The notes below the pieces were generated by a model that had not been told where the DNA came from, did no database searches, and saw nothing but the letters and a program-made list of their open reading frames with translations. Shown here in pieces: positions 48,929 to 64,000 of a stretch of 64,000 nt of DNA. The stretch is from the human T2T-CHM13v2.0 reference genome, Homo sapiens. Location: assembly GCF_009914755.1 (NCBI RefSeq), contig NC_060928.1; one strand, written 5' to 3'. How positions within the stretch are numbered: the stretch's first letter is position 1; each line of letters begins with the position of its first letter. The position numbers were made by a program, and so were the translations under genes.

Positions 48929-49779
48929 AAAAGTACAGTCTAATTCATTAGACACTGATATATATATATATATAGCTTTGTTTGCTAGTTATTTCTTATT
49001 GCTCTCTGTTGACCCGAAACTAAGTCATTAAGCAGCAGGAAAAGTAATAAGAGCTAATTTTCTGTTCAAGTCAAGAAAATGTGCTACCTTTATAGTGCTT
49101 TAGGAAGTCTTCATCATCAAAAAATACTAAAGAATACTGGAAGAGGAAAGCATTTACATATTAAAGTGGTAAAAAGATAGAGGCCAAAGTCTATACAAGA
49201 GATAAAACTAATCAAATAACAACCATAACTCTTAAGGGATATGACTGTCTGCAAAGACTAACATTTCCTTCTACTATTTAAGAGAAAATAACCCCAAATC
49301 AAAACCAGAAAATTAAATGAACTGAAGACAATTTATTGCAAAATATGACAATCTGTACAAACTTTGTGAGAATGGCATCTCTTTGTACTATGCTCCAGAG
49401 TTTGTCTAATCTTTCAAGGATGAAATGTTTACCCCCAGTTGTGGTTCTCTGAGATCTATGTTTCTTACTTGATTAGACACAGGACAAAAATCTCAAAAGA
49501 ATCCTTTGAGATTTTTTTGCATTTATATTTGAGATTTACATTTATATATTTATATGATATATTTGTATATAAATCTGTGCATTATGTATTATATAAATTT
49601 GGCAATTTAGATAATGTATTCTCCTTAGTGGTATCTAAGGAGCTATCATATTCCCTTCTTAGTTATCTTCCCAGGAGTGAAGTGAGGTGATATGAATTGA
49701 GCAATTGAGGCAGATTTTAACAGCAATTCCTCTGGATCAGGACTAAATATTTTTGTTGGTGGTGCTTGTTTTTATTCTG

Positions 49780-49781
49780 CA

Positions 49782-49821
<40 letters not shown>
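49780..49821. repeat. (TA)n microsatellite
   Basis: TA run with one interruption. Confidence 0.93.
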
Positions 49822-49823
<2 letters not shown>

Positions 49824-50420
49824 TTAAATTTACCTTTTAAAATGACTTTAAGTGTATAATTCAGTGGCATTAATTATATTCATAATGTTGTACAACTATC
49901 ACTACTATCTATTTCCAAAACCTTTTCATCATGCCAAATACAAACTCAGTAACTATTAAGCAATAACTCTCCATTCTCCCCTCTGCCAATACTGGTAACT
50001 TCTAATCTACTTTTTATCACTATGAATTTGCCTATACTAGTTATTTCATATAAATAATAAAGTATTTGTCCTTTTGTGTCTCACTCATTGCACTCAGCAT
50101 AATGATTTCAGGGTTCATCCATGTTGTAGCACATGTCAGAACTTTATTCTTTTTTATGGCTGAATAATAATCCGTAGTAAGCATATACATTGTGTTTATA
50201 GAGTCATCTTTTGATGGCCACTAGGTTGTTTACACCTTTTCGCTATTATGAATAATGCTGTGATGAATTTTGGAATATAAGTATATGTTTGAATACCTGT
50301 TTCAAAAAACAAAAAAAAAGATTGTTTCCTGTTTTGAAAAACTGCTGCACCACATTACACTCCTACCATCAATGTATGAGAATTTCGGTTTCTCCCCATC
50401 CTTGCCAACGCTTGTTTTCC
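49822..50420 (-). mobile_element. L1MB-type 3' fragment
   Basis: TTTAAGTGTATAATTCAGTGGCATTAA...ATGTTGTACAACTATCAC...GGTTCATCCATGTTGTAGCA. Confidence 0.8.
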
Positions 50421-50424
50421 TTTT

Positions 50425-50985
<561 letters not shown>

Positions 50986-52707
50986 TAAAGATTTGGAGCG
51001 CCATGCTGCCTCCATCCTCATCAGAAAGCACCATGTTGCCATTCGATGGAAACCTTTGACAATGGAGCACCATGCTGACAGACGAGAACCAAAAGGAGGC
51101 TCCAGGGCTGCTGCCCCACGTGCCATATATTCTGACTGTATGGCAGGTTCTTGAATTCACTGCTTCAGGTCCTTTGAATTGTAACAAATGCCTTCAGGTT
51201 ACAAGCCCTTAGTTTATTATGACTTGTGTGCTTCCTTTTTACAGCCCTAACAAACATAAGACTCTTAATGTAAAGGAGATCTGTAGAGAAGCTTCACTTA
51301 CACTCTAATTTGGAGATTTGTCAACATCAGTGTATTAATCCCTTTCCTCCCTCCCTCTCTCTTCCTTCTATGTGAGTTTATCATTTGAATGTAAACATTT
51401 GCCTTTGAACTGACTGGATAATTGGTTCGGAGACTCTTTAAGCATTTATTTAGAAAGCAAAGTTCAGGTTTAATTTCCCTACAGTTACATAGTATAGTGA
51501 GGTGGGAATCTTCACTGCATATTCCAGCTGTTTTGATATAATTAGATGTTTATGCTATGTCCACATTCGCTTTTCCCTTCTCACACTCCTCTAGTTTTCC
51601 CTGTACCATTGGTTTATAAATCACTCCCAAACTGCCCCTCCTTAATCAGGCCAGGCAGAAGCCAGCGGCCCCATGCCAGCGGCCAGCAGCTGGAGATGTG
51701 GGGTCGCAGCCACGCGGCGTGACCCAGGGTCAGAAAGAGTGGGCCAGAGAGAACCATGGCCCGCACTGCTAACTTCCAGGACATCCACAATTTTCATTCC
51801 CAGGAAGAGTCTTTCCTGGGAAAGGTACAGAAATTTCAGTTGCTCTAGCATGTAGTGGGATTTTATAATGAGCCAGGCAGGAAAATAACAGATGGTGCAC
51901 TGAGTGTAAATATATGAAAATACCCTTGGAGCAGAAACAGAAGGCTGGCACTCCCAGGGGACTCGGGCGAAAACAGACAAGACTCCCCGCTGTCTCTCAG
52001 CTCTTCTAATGTTTTTCTCACGTCTTAAGGCACAGACAATGTCTATTGCATGTAACATCTTATATTCTCTCACCTTAGTGCACCAAATCGTGATCCTCTT
52101 GGAGGCCCTCCCCTCTGATCTCTGTGCCCTCTAATCTCCTTGCTTCCTCCTCTCTGCTCAGGTTTGCTTTCTTGGGTCTCTCCTCTTTCATCTTAGCTGT
52201 TTCTCCAGGCTGTTTGAAGGTTCCCACCTCCGTTCTTTCTTGGTTCTGGATCTGTCTGTTAGAATGACTCCAACTCCAGCGCTGTGGCTTTCACCATGTT
52301 TCTTCACTTTCATGTCTTTTTTTATTTATAATTGAGCACACACACACACCACACACACACGCTCTCTCTCTCCTATACTTACTTCTTTAGAAAGCTTTCT
52401 GCTGTTGTTGTTGTTTTAATAATCTTTCAGATCATTTTATTTAGCTTTCATCCATTTCCCTCATTAAAGTCAGTTGAAAGTTTTGTCAACATGTAATATG
52501 CATTTGATATAATGATTTTAGTATAATAATTACCTGAGGTAACACTGTGTCAGAGGAGAAGTGTGGCCAATTATATCTTAAATTACATGAACAGCGCTTT
52601 CCCTTTCACACAGCTATACATTTCTTTAGGCACTAAAAATCTGTAATCTGTAGCTTCCATTAAATTGGATTTAGTTGTTTTGCAAATAAAATTGTGGAAT
52701 AAAAGGT

Positions 52708-53642
52708 TGTATTAGTTACTGTTCTCCAGAGAATGAGAATGAATAGGGTGTATGCATGTGTGTGTGTGTGTGTTTACAATCAGTTGACTCTAAGTAAAGC
52801 AGTGGAGAGCAATGGGTGGGCCTCATTCAATCAGTGGCAGGCCTAAGAGCAAAGAGAGATTTCTCAAAAAAGAAGGAACTTTCCTCAAGACTGCAACATG
52901 GCAAAGCTGCTCAGTAGACTCAGTTAGTCTATTGCCCTGCAGAATTTGGACTGAAAGCTGTGACATCAATTCTTTCTTAAAACTCTGAGAGATTGCTTGA
53001 TTGATTTTAAGGAATTGGCTTACATGATTGTGGGGGCTGACAAGTCCAAAATCTCTAGGGCAGGCCAGCAGGCTGGAGACTCAGGACAGAGTTAAAGTTG
53101 CAGTCTTGCATATAAATTCTGCAGGGCAGTAGTTTGGAAACTCAACTGGGTTTCTGTGTGGAAGTCTTGAGGAGAATTCTTTCTTCTTTGAGAAACAGGC
53201 TTTGTTTGCAATCTTTGCTCTTAAGGCTTTCAACTAATTGAAAGAGGCACACCTGTATGATGGAGGGTAATCTGCTTTACTTAAAGTCTACTGATTATAA
53301 GAATTAATCACACCTAAAATATACCTTTACTTCGTGGCAACAACACACACTGGGAACGACTAGACAGGGGCAAGGGTTGAAAAACCAACTGTTGGGTACT
53401 ATGCTCACTCTCCGGGTGACAGGATAATTCATGGCCCAAACCTCAACATCAAGCAATGTACCCACGTAACAAACCTGCTCATGTACCCCTGAATCTAAAA
53501 TAAAAGTTGAAATTATTAAAAAGAAATATTGAAGGAATGATATAAAGATTTTAAATGAATAAATAATACCTTGACTGGTGTTTGGCCAAACAGCTGGGCA
53601 TTCTAGTCCTCGCCAAGTCAACACACAAAATTAACCATTACA
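52708..53642 (-). mobile_element. ERVL LTR, MLT2-family, with an internal oppositely oriented MLT2 segment and an L1 insert
   Basis: TGTATTAGTTACTGTTCTCCAGAGAA start, TTTTAAGGAATTGGCTTACATGATTGTGGGGGCTG, and GCCAAGTCAACACACAAAATTAACCATTACA end. Confidence 0.8.
53344..53525 (+). mobile_element. Short L1 3'UTR fragment (L1PA15/16-like)
   Basis: GGGTTGAAAAACCAACTGTTGGGTACTATGCTCAC...GTAACAAACCTGCTCATGTACCCCTGAATCTAAAATAAAAGTTGAA. Confidence 0.8.
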
Positions 53643-54139
53643 GTGGTGTTTCCCCATTTGTAGGGAGAGGGAAAGGATCACATTTAATGAAAAACATTTT
53701 TGTTTCCGAATGTATATTTCTAACTCATTTTTCTTTGAATTTTCTTATATTTTCATGTTTATACAGAAATACGGTATATTGGCATTTAATTTAGCACAAA
53801 ACTTGAGATTCGTTATTCTAAAGTTTTAATATTTTGTGATGCTCTACAAGAAGGACTGTAACTCCCAGACACAAAGCTACCTGCAAGTTCAAGCATTGCT
53901 GCTTTTTACATGAAATGTCATGGTAACTGGCAAGGATTCCCCAAGGGCCTAGAAGTAGTGGAAGTCAGATTCCCCTTATATGCAGTGTACTGTATGAACA
54001 TATTTACATCCTCCAACAATAGGCTGCCTTTAGCAGCCTGTAGGTTTGGAAAACACTATTTTTGTTTGGGCTCCGGGTCCAGCCATTTCAAGCCTGGTAA
54101 TAACTGCGGTCTCCCTCACCACCTTCCTCACCAACTGGA

Positions 54140-54750
54140 ATGGTGTGTTGGAATATTTTCAGCTGTTAATTACATAATACCTCAAAACAGTGCTTAAATA
54201 GATATTTTTGTCCACATAAAAATAATCTGAAGGTAGGTGGTTCCAGGTTAGTAAAGTGGTCAGTGATGTCAGGAGCCGAGTCCACATCTCTCTGGGTCTG
54301 TGGCCTCCCTTCACAGTCGCATGAGAGCTGCTGTAGCTCTAGGTGTCTCCTTACAACACCATGGTGCTTGAAAGCAGGAAACGGGTGGGAGGGAACAAAA
54401 CCTTCTTCTCATACATTTCCCACATTTCAGGTAGAAAAAGTTTCCCGGAGGCGGAGGTTGCAGTGAGCTGAGATCGTGCCACTGCACGCCAGCCTGGCAA
54501 CGGAGCGAGACTCTCTTAAAAAAACAAACAAAACAACAACAAAAACGAAAAATGTTTCCCAGAATCCTCGGCACAGGTTTCTGCTTCCACCTCATAGGCC
54601 AAATTGATCACATGTTCTTCCCTAGCCAATGACCGGGCCTTTCTCCCCTGACATAAGGGGATCTCTCCTGTCAAATGAATACAATAAGGTTGGGTTAGCA
54701 AGCAAGAAAGTGGGTGTGGATGCCGTTGAATAGCTGCAGCAATATCTACC
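54140..54750 (-). mobile_element. Old MLT1-family LTR (possibly followed by internal sequence to ~55380)
   Basis: TCTGAAGGTAGGTGGTTCCAGG and CTCATAGGCCAAATTGATCACATG...CCTAGCCAATGAC resemble MLT1J/K; diverged. Confidence 0.5.
54447..54546 (+). mobile_element. 5'-truncated Alu (3' end of right monomer)
   Basis: GGAGGCGGAGGTTGCAGTGAGCTGAGATCGTGCCACTGCAC plus A/C-rich tail; flanks GAAAAAGTTTCCC / GAAAAATGTTTCCC. Confidence 0.9.
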
Positions 54751-55746
54751 AGATGCCACCCCTTTGGCCGCTTGGCATTCACACTCACCCTCCTTCCACA
54801 CATACACAACACATCAGCCCTCACTGCACAAATGAGGCCCACAGCTTCCTTCAGCTCCAACGCCATGATCTCAGGTGACCACCTGGACTCTCTGTCAAGT
54901 CCAAATGTTGCTCCTCACAAATGTCTCCTATAGTAAAGCATAAGCCATCTGTCCACTACATACCTAAGACATAGAAATGGAGAAGGAACAAGTTAACCCT
55001 AATAAAGCCTTGTATTTGGCAGAGGGGAGAACAGGAAATAGTAACCACTTGTTTACAGCACATATCAGATACTGCTCAGCAGGAATAGTGAGGACCATAT
55101 ATTCTGGAAATGGAGTAAGCTCCTCTTAGCTGCTCTGAGAGCCCTGATTCTTTCTTTCAGTAGATTTTCTTGTCCATTTTACCACATGGCAATTTTGGAA
55201 TGCACATTGGAGAGTAAGGTCTTCCTAGGGGCTGTAGAGATTGTGCAGCCCTCTTCCTATTGGTGGAATTGTGGGGAACTGGGAATTGCTTTGAGGATTG
55301 AACTTTCACAGAATTCTGCAGCCAGCCTTGGAAGTTCTGTTAGCACAACTCCGTTATCTTAAAAATTTAGTATGCTTGTTGTCACAGAAATTAAAAAAAA
55401 AAGACATCATAACTTCTGACCACAATAAAATTAAAAGTAAAAATAAGGTTTTTTAAGGCATAAGAAAAGTCTTATGATTAAAAATACACTCATAAGTAAT
55501 ACTAATTCCTGCTCAAGAAAGAAATTATGATATACATTTAAAACAATAGAAAAAAATGGAAATATACCATATATCAAAACCTGTACACGGCAGATAAGGT
55601 GGTATTTAGAGGTTAATTTGTAGCCTTAAATAAATATCTCAAAAACATTATATGTAGCCTTAAATAAATGTATTTAAATAGTTTTTAAAATGAAGAAAAC
55701 CATTCAGCTAAAGGCACTAGAAAAAGAACAACAGCATAAACTTAAG

Positions 55747-56049
55747 TTTTGTGGTTTTTTTTTTTTTTTGGAGACAGGGTCTCACTCTGATTGCCCAGGT
55801 TGGAGTGCAGTGGCGTAAGTTTGGTTCCCTGCAGCCTCAACCTCCCCAGGCTTCTCCCACCTCAACCTCCTGAGTAGCTAGGACTACAGGCGCACACCAC
55901 CATGCCCAGTTAAATTTTTTTAGTTTTGTAGAGATGCAGTTTTGCTGTGTTGCCAAGGCTGGTCTTGAGCTCTTGGACTCAAGCAATCCACCCACCTTAG
56001 CCTTCCAAAGTGCTGGGATTATTACGAGTGTGAGCCACTATGCCTGGCC
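55747..56049 (-). mobile_element. Alu (AluJ-like)
   Basis: GAGACAGGGTCTCACTCTG...CTGCAGCCTCAACCTCC...CTCAAGCAATCCACCCACC; CATAAACTT on both flanks. Confidence 0.92.
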
Positions 56050-56570
56050 AACATAAACTTTAAAAAGTAGAAAATAAACTTAATTCTAAAATTTTAAGAG
56101 CAGAAATTACTAAAAAGAAGAAAAAATAGAGATTAACAAAATCAAAACTGATTATTGAAGGAAAATTAATAAAATAGGCAACATTCTAAGAAGACTGAGA
56201 AAAACAAAATAAGAAAAAATACAACATTAGAAATTTTAAGAGCAGAGATACTTTAAGATTTCAAAACGTATAACGGGATACGTTAAAAACTTTATGACAA
56301 TATTTTAAAATTAGATTAAATGGATACTTCAATAAAAATGGCAAAAATTTGACAAGAAGAAACAAAGAATCTGGATAACAATAATAAAGACATTTTATCT
56401 CATCAAGATGTAAATAATTTCTATTTTATATAAACTTTTTCAAAGAAGATGAAAAAATTACCTATCTCATTGAGTGAGGATAAATCTTGCTTTGTAAGGA
56501 TAGAATAACACTGACAAGGACAGTAAACGAAAAGACCATATGACCTACTAGAATATAAATGAAAAAAATC

Positions 56571-56709
56571 GGGGGAATAGCATTAGGAGATATACCTAAT
56601 GTTAAATGATGAGTTAATGGGTGCAGCACACCAACATGGCACATGTATACATATGTAACTAACCTGCACGTTGTGCACATGTACCCTAAAACTTAAAGTA
56701 TAATAAAAA
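56571..56709 (+). mobile_element. Extremely 5'-truncated young L1 (L1PA4-like 3' end, ~140 bp)
   Basis: GCATTAGGAGATATACCTAATGTTAAATG...GTACCCTAAAACTTAAAGTATAATAAAA; TSD GAAAAAAATC (56561-56570, 56710-56719). Confidence 0.92.
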
Positions 56710-56854
56710 GAAAAAAATCCTAATTAAAATATTTTCAAATTGAATTCAATAGTATATTAAAAATGATAATACTTAAGTAGCATTTTATCCCTATAAATGA
56801 AAATCTGGTTCAAGAGAAGAATCCTCTAATGTCGTTTACCACATAAGAAATTAC

Positions 56855-57045
56855 ACTGGTGGTTGCTGGGTGTAAGGGGAGGGGAAATGGGCAGTTCTTC
56901 TTTTAAGGACATAGAGTTTCAATTTTGGAAGATGAAACAGTTCTGAAGATTGGTTGTACAACAAGGTGAACATACTTAACACTACTGAACTATATATTTA
57001 GAAACAGTTAAAATAGTAAGCTTTGTTTTTTCTAATAAAGCTTTT
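56855..57045 (+). mobile_element. L1MB-type 3'UTR fragment
   Basis: GGTGGTTGC...ATAGAGTTTCAATTTTGGAAGATGAAACAGTTCTG...CATACTTAACACTACTGAAC. Confidence 0.7.
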
Positions 57046-57169
57046 TAAGACATTGCAGAACAAATATATAAATTTTATCTCAATAGATACAGAAGTGTTC
57101 AATAAAATCAATGGTCATTTATAATTTTTTTAAAATTAGCACATCTGAACTATAAAGGAGTTTCCCCAC

Positions 57170-57647
57170 TGTGGTTGGCTCGATAACGATCCCCTTATGT
57201 CCACATCCTAATCCCTGGAACCTGTGAATGTCAACTTGTAGGGCAAAAGGGACCTTGCAAATGTGATTAAGAATCTCAAGAAAGGAAGAGTATCCTGGAT
57301 TAGCTATGGGGCCCAGTGTGATTACAAGGATCCTTAGAAGAGGGTGGCATGAGGAGTCAAAGATCAGAAAGAGACGTGATGGTGGCAGCGTTTGGAGTGA
57401 CGTGCTTTGAGGATGGAATTCCTTGGCTGCCAAGGGATTCAGGCAGGCACTAGAAGCTGAAAAAGGCAACCAAACAGATACTTTCCTCAGAGCTTCCAGA
57501 AAAAACCAGCCCAACAGACACCTTGACTTTACCTTAGTAAAGCTGATTTTGCAATCTGGCCTCCATGACTATAAGAAAATAACTGTGTGCTGTTTTTAAG
57601 TCACTGTTTTTTGTAAGTTGTTACAGCAGCAAAGGGAAACTAATACA
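57170..57647 (+). mobile_element. Solo MaLR LTR, MLT1C/D-like
   Basis: TGTGG start, ATGTCCACATCCTAATCCCTGGAACCTGTGAATG, CTAGAAGCTGAAAAAGGCAA, and GTTACAGCAGCAAAGGGAAACTAATACA end. Confidence 0.87.
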
Positions 57648-57654
57648 CTCAATA

Positions 57655-58695
57655 TCATTGATTCATTTATTCAACAAATATTTAGTACAGACCTGTCATG
57701 TATTAAGCACTTTTCCAGACTCTGGAGATATCAAAATAAACAACAAAAAAAGCTTCAAACAAAACAGTAACAACAAATTCTACCCTGTTGCACTTGTATT
57801 CTAATGAGGAAGTTGAGGGTAAATAATCACAAATTAGTAAAAAAAAATAAAGTTAGACAATGATCATCTCCAAGGAGAAAAATAATGCAGGGAGGAGAGG
57901 ACGTACACATCATGGTAGAGGAGGTATTGTTACTGAAACACCAGGTGCTCGGTCTAGGCTCTGCTGCTCACCGCACAGAAAGCCAATCACTGAGATGATG
58001 AGTGTTGCCAAGGAAGAAGGCTTTAATTGGGTGCTGCAGCTGAGAAGATGGGAGCTCAGTCTCAAAATCCATCTCCCTGACTGACCAAAACTAAGGGTTT
58101 ATATATCAGGAAAGAAATGTAACAACGTGTAAGAAGACAGGAACTCCGGAGGAGCAAAAAAACAATCATAATGAATGAGAGGTGGCATCCCATTATCTGG
58201 ATGTGATGATCTGGTGAGTTCCAGTTCCTTGATCCTTTTCTTGAGAGGCATGAAGGTTGTTTCCGGAGGAACTCAGATAAAATAAATATAAGTTTCAAGC
58301 TTTAAGACCAGAGGGTCAACTTCTATGTTTATCAAAAAATAAAATAAACTATCTGTGGGACTATTGGGTCACTTTCAGTGAGATGCATTTCTGGATTGGG
58401 AGGGTAGGATAGGAGTCAATTAAAAAGTGTCATTGGAGTAACATCGGAGGAAGTAAGGAGCAGGGCCTTGTATGTGTCTGGGATAAGAGCACTACAGTCA
58501 GAAAAAAGTAGCGAGTGTGAAGTTTAGAGGCAGGGGCGTGCCTGGCCTGTCAGGTGAGAGAAGACCAGTGCTGGAGTCAAGGGAGCCAGAGGAGAGTCCC
58601 AGGAGATGAGGTCAGAGAAGCAAGGATGGCTGTAGACCATGCCAGGCCCCACAGATTGCAATGAGGGCTGAGGGCACACTGGGGACCCTTTGTAA
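57655..58695 (-). mobile_element. LINE-2 fragment split by an LTR
   Basis: ATTCATTTATTCAACAAATATTT antisense L2 tail; resumes after 58378 (GGAGATGAGGTCAGAGA...CCATGCCAGGCC). Confidence 0.7.
57928..58377 (-). mobile_element. Solo ERV LTR, LTR47-like
   Basis: TGTTAC...TTTCA termini. The minus strand has a TATATAAA box (plus TTTATATA ~58098) and an ATTAAA poly-A signal (plus TTTAAT ~58022). Family name from recall. Confidence 0.75.
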
Positions 58696-58925
58696 GGTCT
58701 TTTTTTAAAAAATTATTATTATTATACTTTAAGTTTTAGGGTACATGTGCACAATGTGCCAGTTAGTTACATATGTATACATGTGCCATGCTGGTGTGCT
58801 GCACCCATTAACTCGTCATTTACCATTAGGTATATCTCCTAATGCTATCCCTCACCCCTCCCCCCACCCCACAACAGTCCCCAGAGTGTGATGTTCCCCT
58901 TCCTGTGTCCATGTGTTCTCATTGT

Positions 58926-62733
<3,808 letters not shown>

Positions 62734-62796
62734 TATGATGTTAGCTGGTTATTTTGCTCGTTAGTTGATGCAGTTTCTTCCTAGTCTCGATGGTCT

Positions 62797-63812
62797 TTAC
62801 ATTTTGGCATGATTTTGTGGCGGCTGGTACCGGTTGTTCCTTTCCATGTTTAGTGCTTCCTTCAGGAGCTCTTTTAGGGCATGCTCGGTGGTGACAGAAT
62901 CTCTCAGCATTTGCTTGTCTGTAAAGGGTTTTATTTCTCCTTCACTTATGAAGCTTAGTTTGGCTGGATATGAAATTCTGGGTTGAAAATTCTTTTCTTT
63001 AAGAATGTTGAATATTGGCCCCCACTCTCTTTGGGCTTGTAGAGTTTCTGCCAAGAGATCCGCTGTTAGTCTGATGGGCTTCCCTTTGTGGGTAACGTGA
63101 CCTTTCTCTCTGGCTGCCCTTAACATTTTTTCCTCATTTCAACTTTGGTGAATCTGACAATTATGTGTTTTGGAGTTGCTCTTCTCGAAGAGTATCTTTG
63201 TGGCGTTTTCTGTATTTCCTGAATCTGAATGTTGGCCTGCCTTGCTAGATTGGGGAAGTTCTCCTGGATAATATCCTGCAGAGTGTTTTGCAACTTGGTT
63301 TCATTTTCCCCATCACTTTCAGGTACACCAATCAGATGTAGATTTGGTCTTTTCACATAGTCCCATATTTCTTGGAGGCTTTGTTCGTTTCTTTTTATTC
63401 TTTTTTCTCTAAACTTCCCTTCTCTCTTCATTTCATTCATTTCATCTTCCATCACTGTTACCCTTTCTTCCAGTTGATCGCATCGGCTCCTGAGGCTTCT
63501 GCATTCTTCACGTAGTTCTCGAGCCTTGGCTTTCAGCTCCATCAGCTCCTTTAAGCACTTCTCTGTATTGGTTATTCTAGTTATACATTTGTCTAAATTT
63601 TTTTCAAAGTTTTCAACTTCTTTGCCTTTGGTTTGAATTTCCTCCTGTAGCTCAGAGTAGTTCGATCGTCTGAAGCCTTCTTCTCTCAACTTGTCAAAGT
63701 CATTCTCCATCCAGCTTTGTTCCATTGCTGGTGAGGAACTGCGTTCCTTTGGAGTAGGAGAGGTGTTCTGCTTTTTAGAGTTCCCAGTTTTTCTGCTCTG
63801 TTTTTTCCCCAT
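62797..63812 (-). pseudogene. L1 ORF1 split by a frameshift near 63125
   Basis: A 230-aa N-terminal frame (coiled coil, REKR, WDYVKRPNL) and a 109-aa C-terminal frame (YPAKLSF) overlap in different frames. Confidence 0.95.
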
Positions 63813-64000
63813 CTTTGTGGTTTTATCTACTTTTGGTTCTTGATGATGGTGATGTACAGATGGGTTTTTGGTGTGGATGTCCTTTCTGCTTGTTAGTTTT
63901 CCTTCTAACAGACAGGACCCTCAGCTGCAGGTCTGTTGGAGTTTGCTAGAGGTTCACTCCAGACCCTGTTTGCCTAGGTATCAGCAGCGGTGTCTGCAGA

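Larger units (their letters stand above)
55400..57135 (+). mobile_element. Very old L1M ORF2 relic with nested younger insertions
   Basis: TCTGACCACAATAAAATTAAA, ACCATATATCAAAACCTGT and ATCTCAATAGATACAGAAG match the L1 ORF2 order; A-rich strand. Confidence 0.65.

Noticed and set aside
51642-52073. 143-aa minus-strand ORF
   Set aside because: Non-ATG start, no recognisable homology or exon structure; the region is kept only as a regulatory candidate.

Overview
Primate (human-like) non-coding genomic DNA made up mostly of transposable-element relics. It holds a full-length ancient LINE-1 (L1MA2-like, ~222-8530), a near full-length younger L1PA3/4-like element running off the right edge, several truncated L1s and about a dozen Alus (most with visible target-site duplications, TSDs). 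It also holds an LTR-internal-LTR MaLR (MST) provirus, solo LTRs (MER50-, MER31-, LTR47-, LTR33-, MLT1- and MLT2-like), DNA-transposon MITEs (MER3-, MER8- and MER53-like), and MIR/L2 fragments. I can support no host protein-coding gene, RNA gene or CRISPR array; the ORF track is explained by broken L1 ORF1/ORF2 pieces, Alu-derived spurious frames and chance ORFs. Subfamily names come from recalled consensus sequences, not a search, so they are provisional. I found no convincing new biological system. The most unusual signals are templated-insertion/template-switch scars (notably a 25-bp exact copy of sequence 3.2 kb away inserted into the MST element), a TSD-flanked Alu-head/non-Alu chimera, a CpG-rich MER50 LTR and a few candidate regulatory islands.
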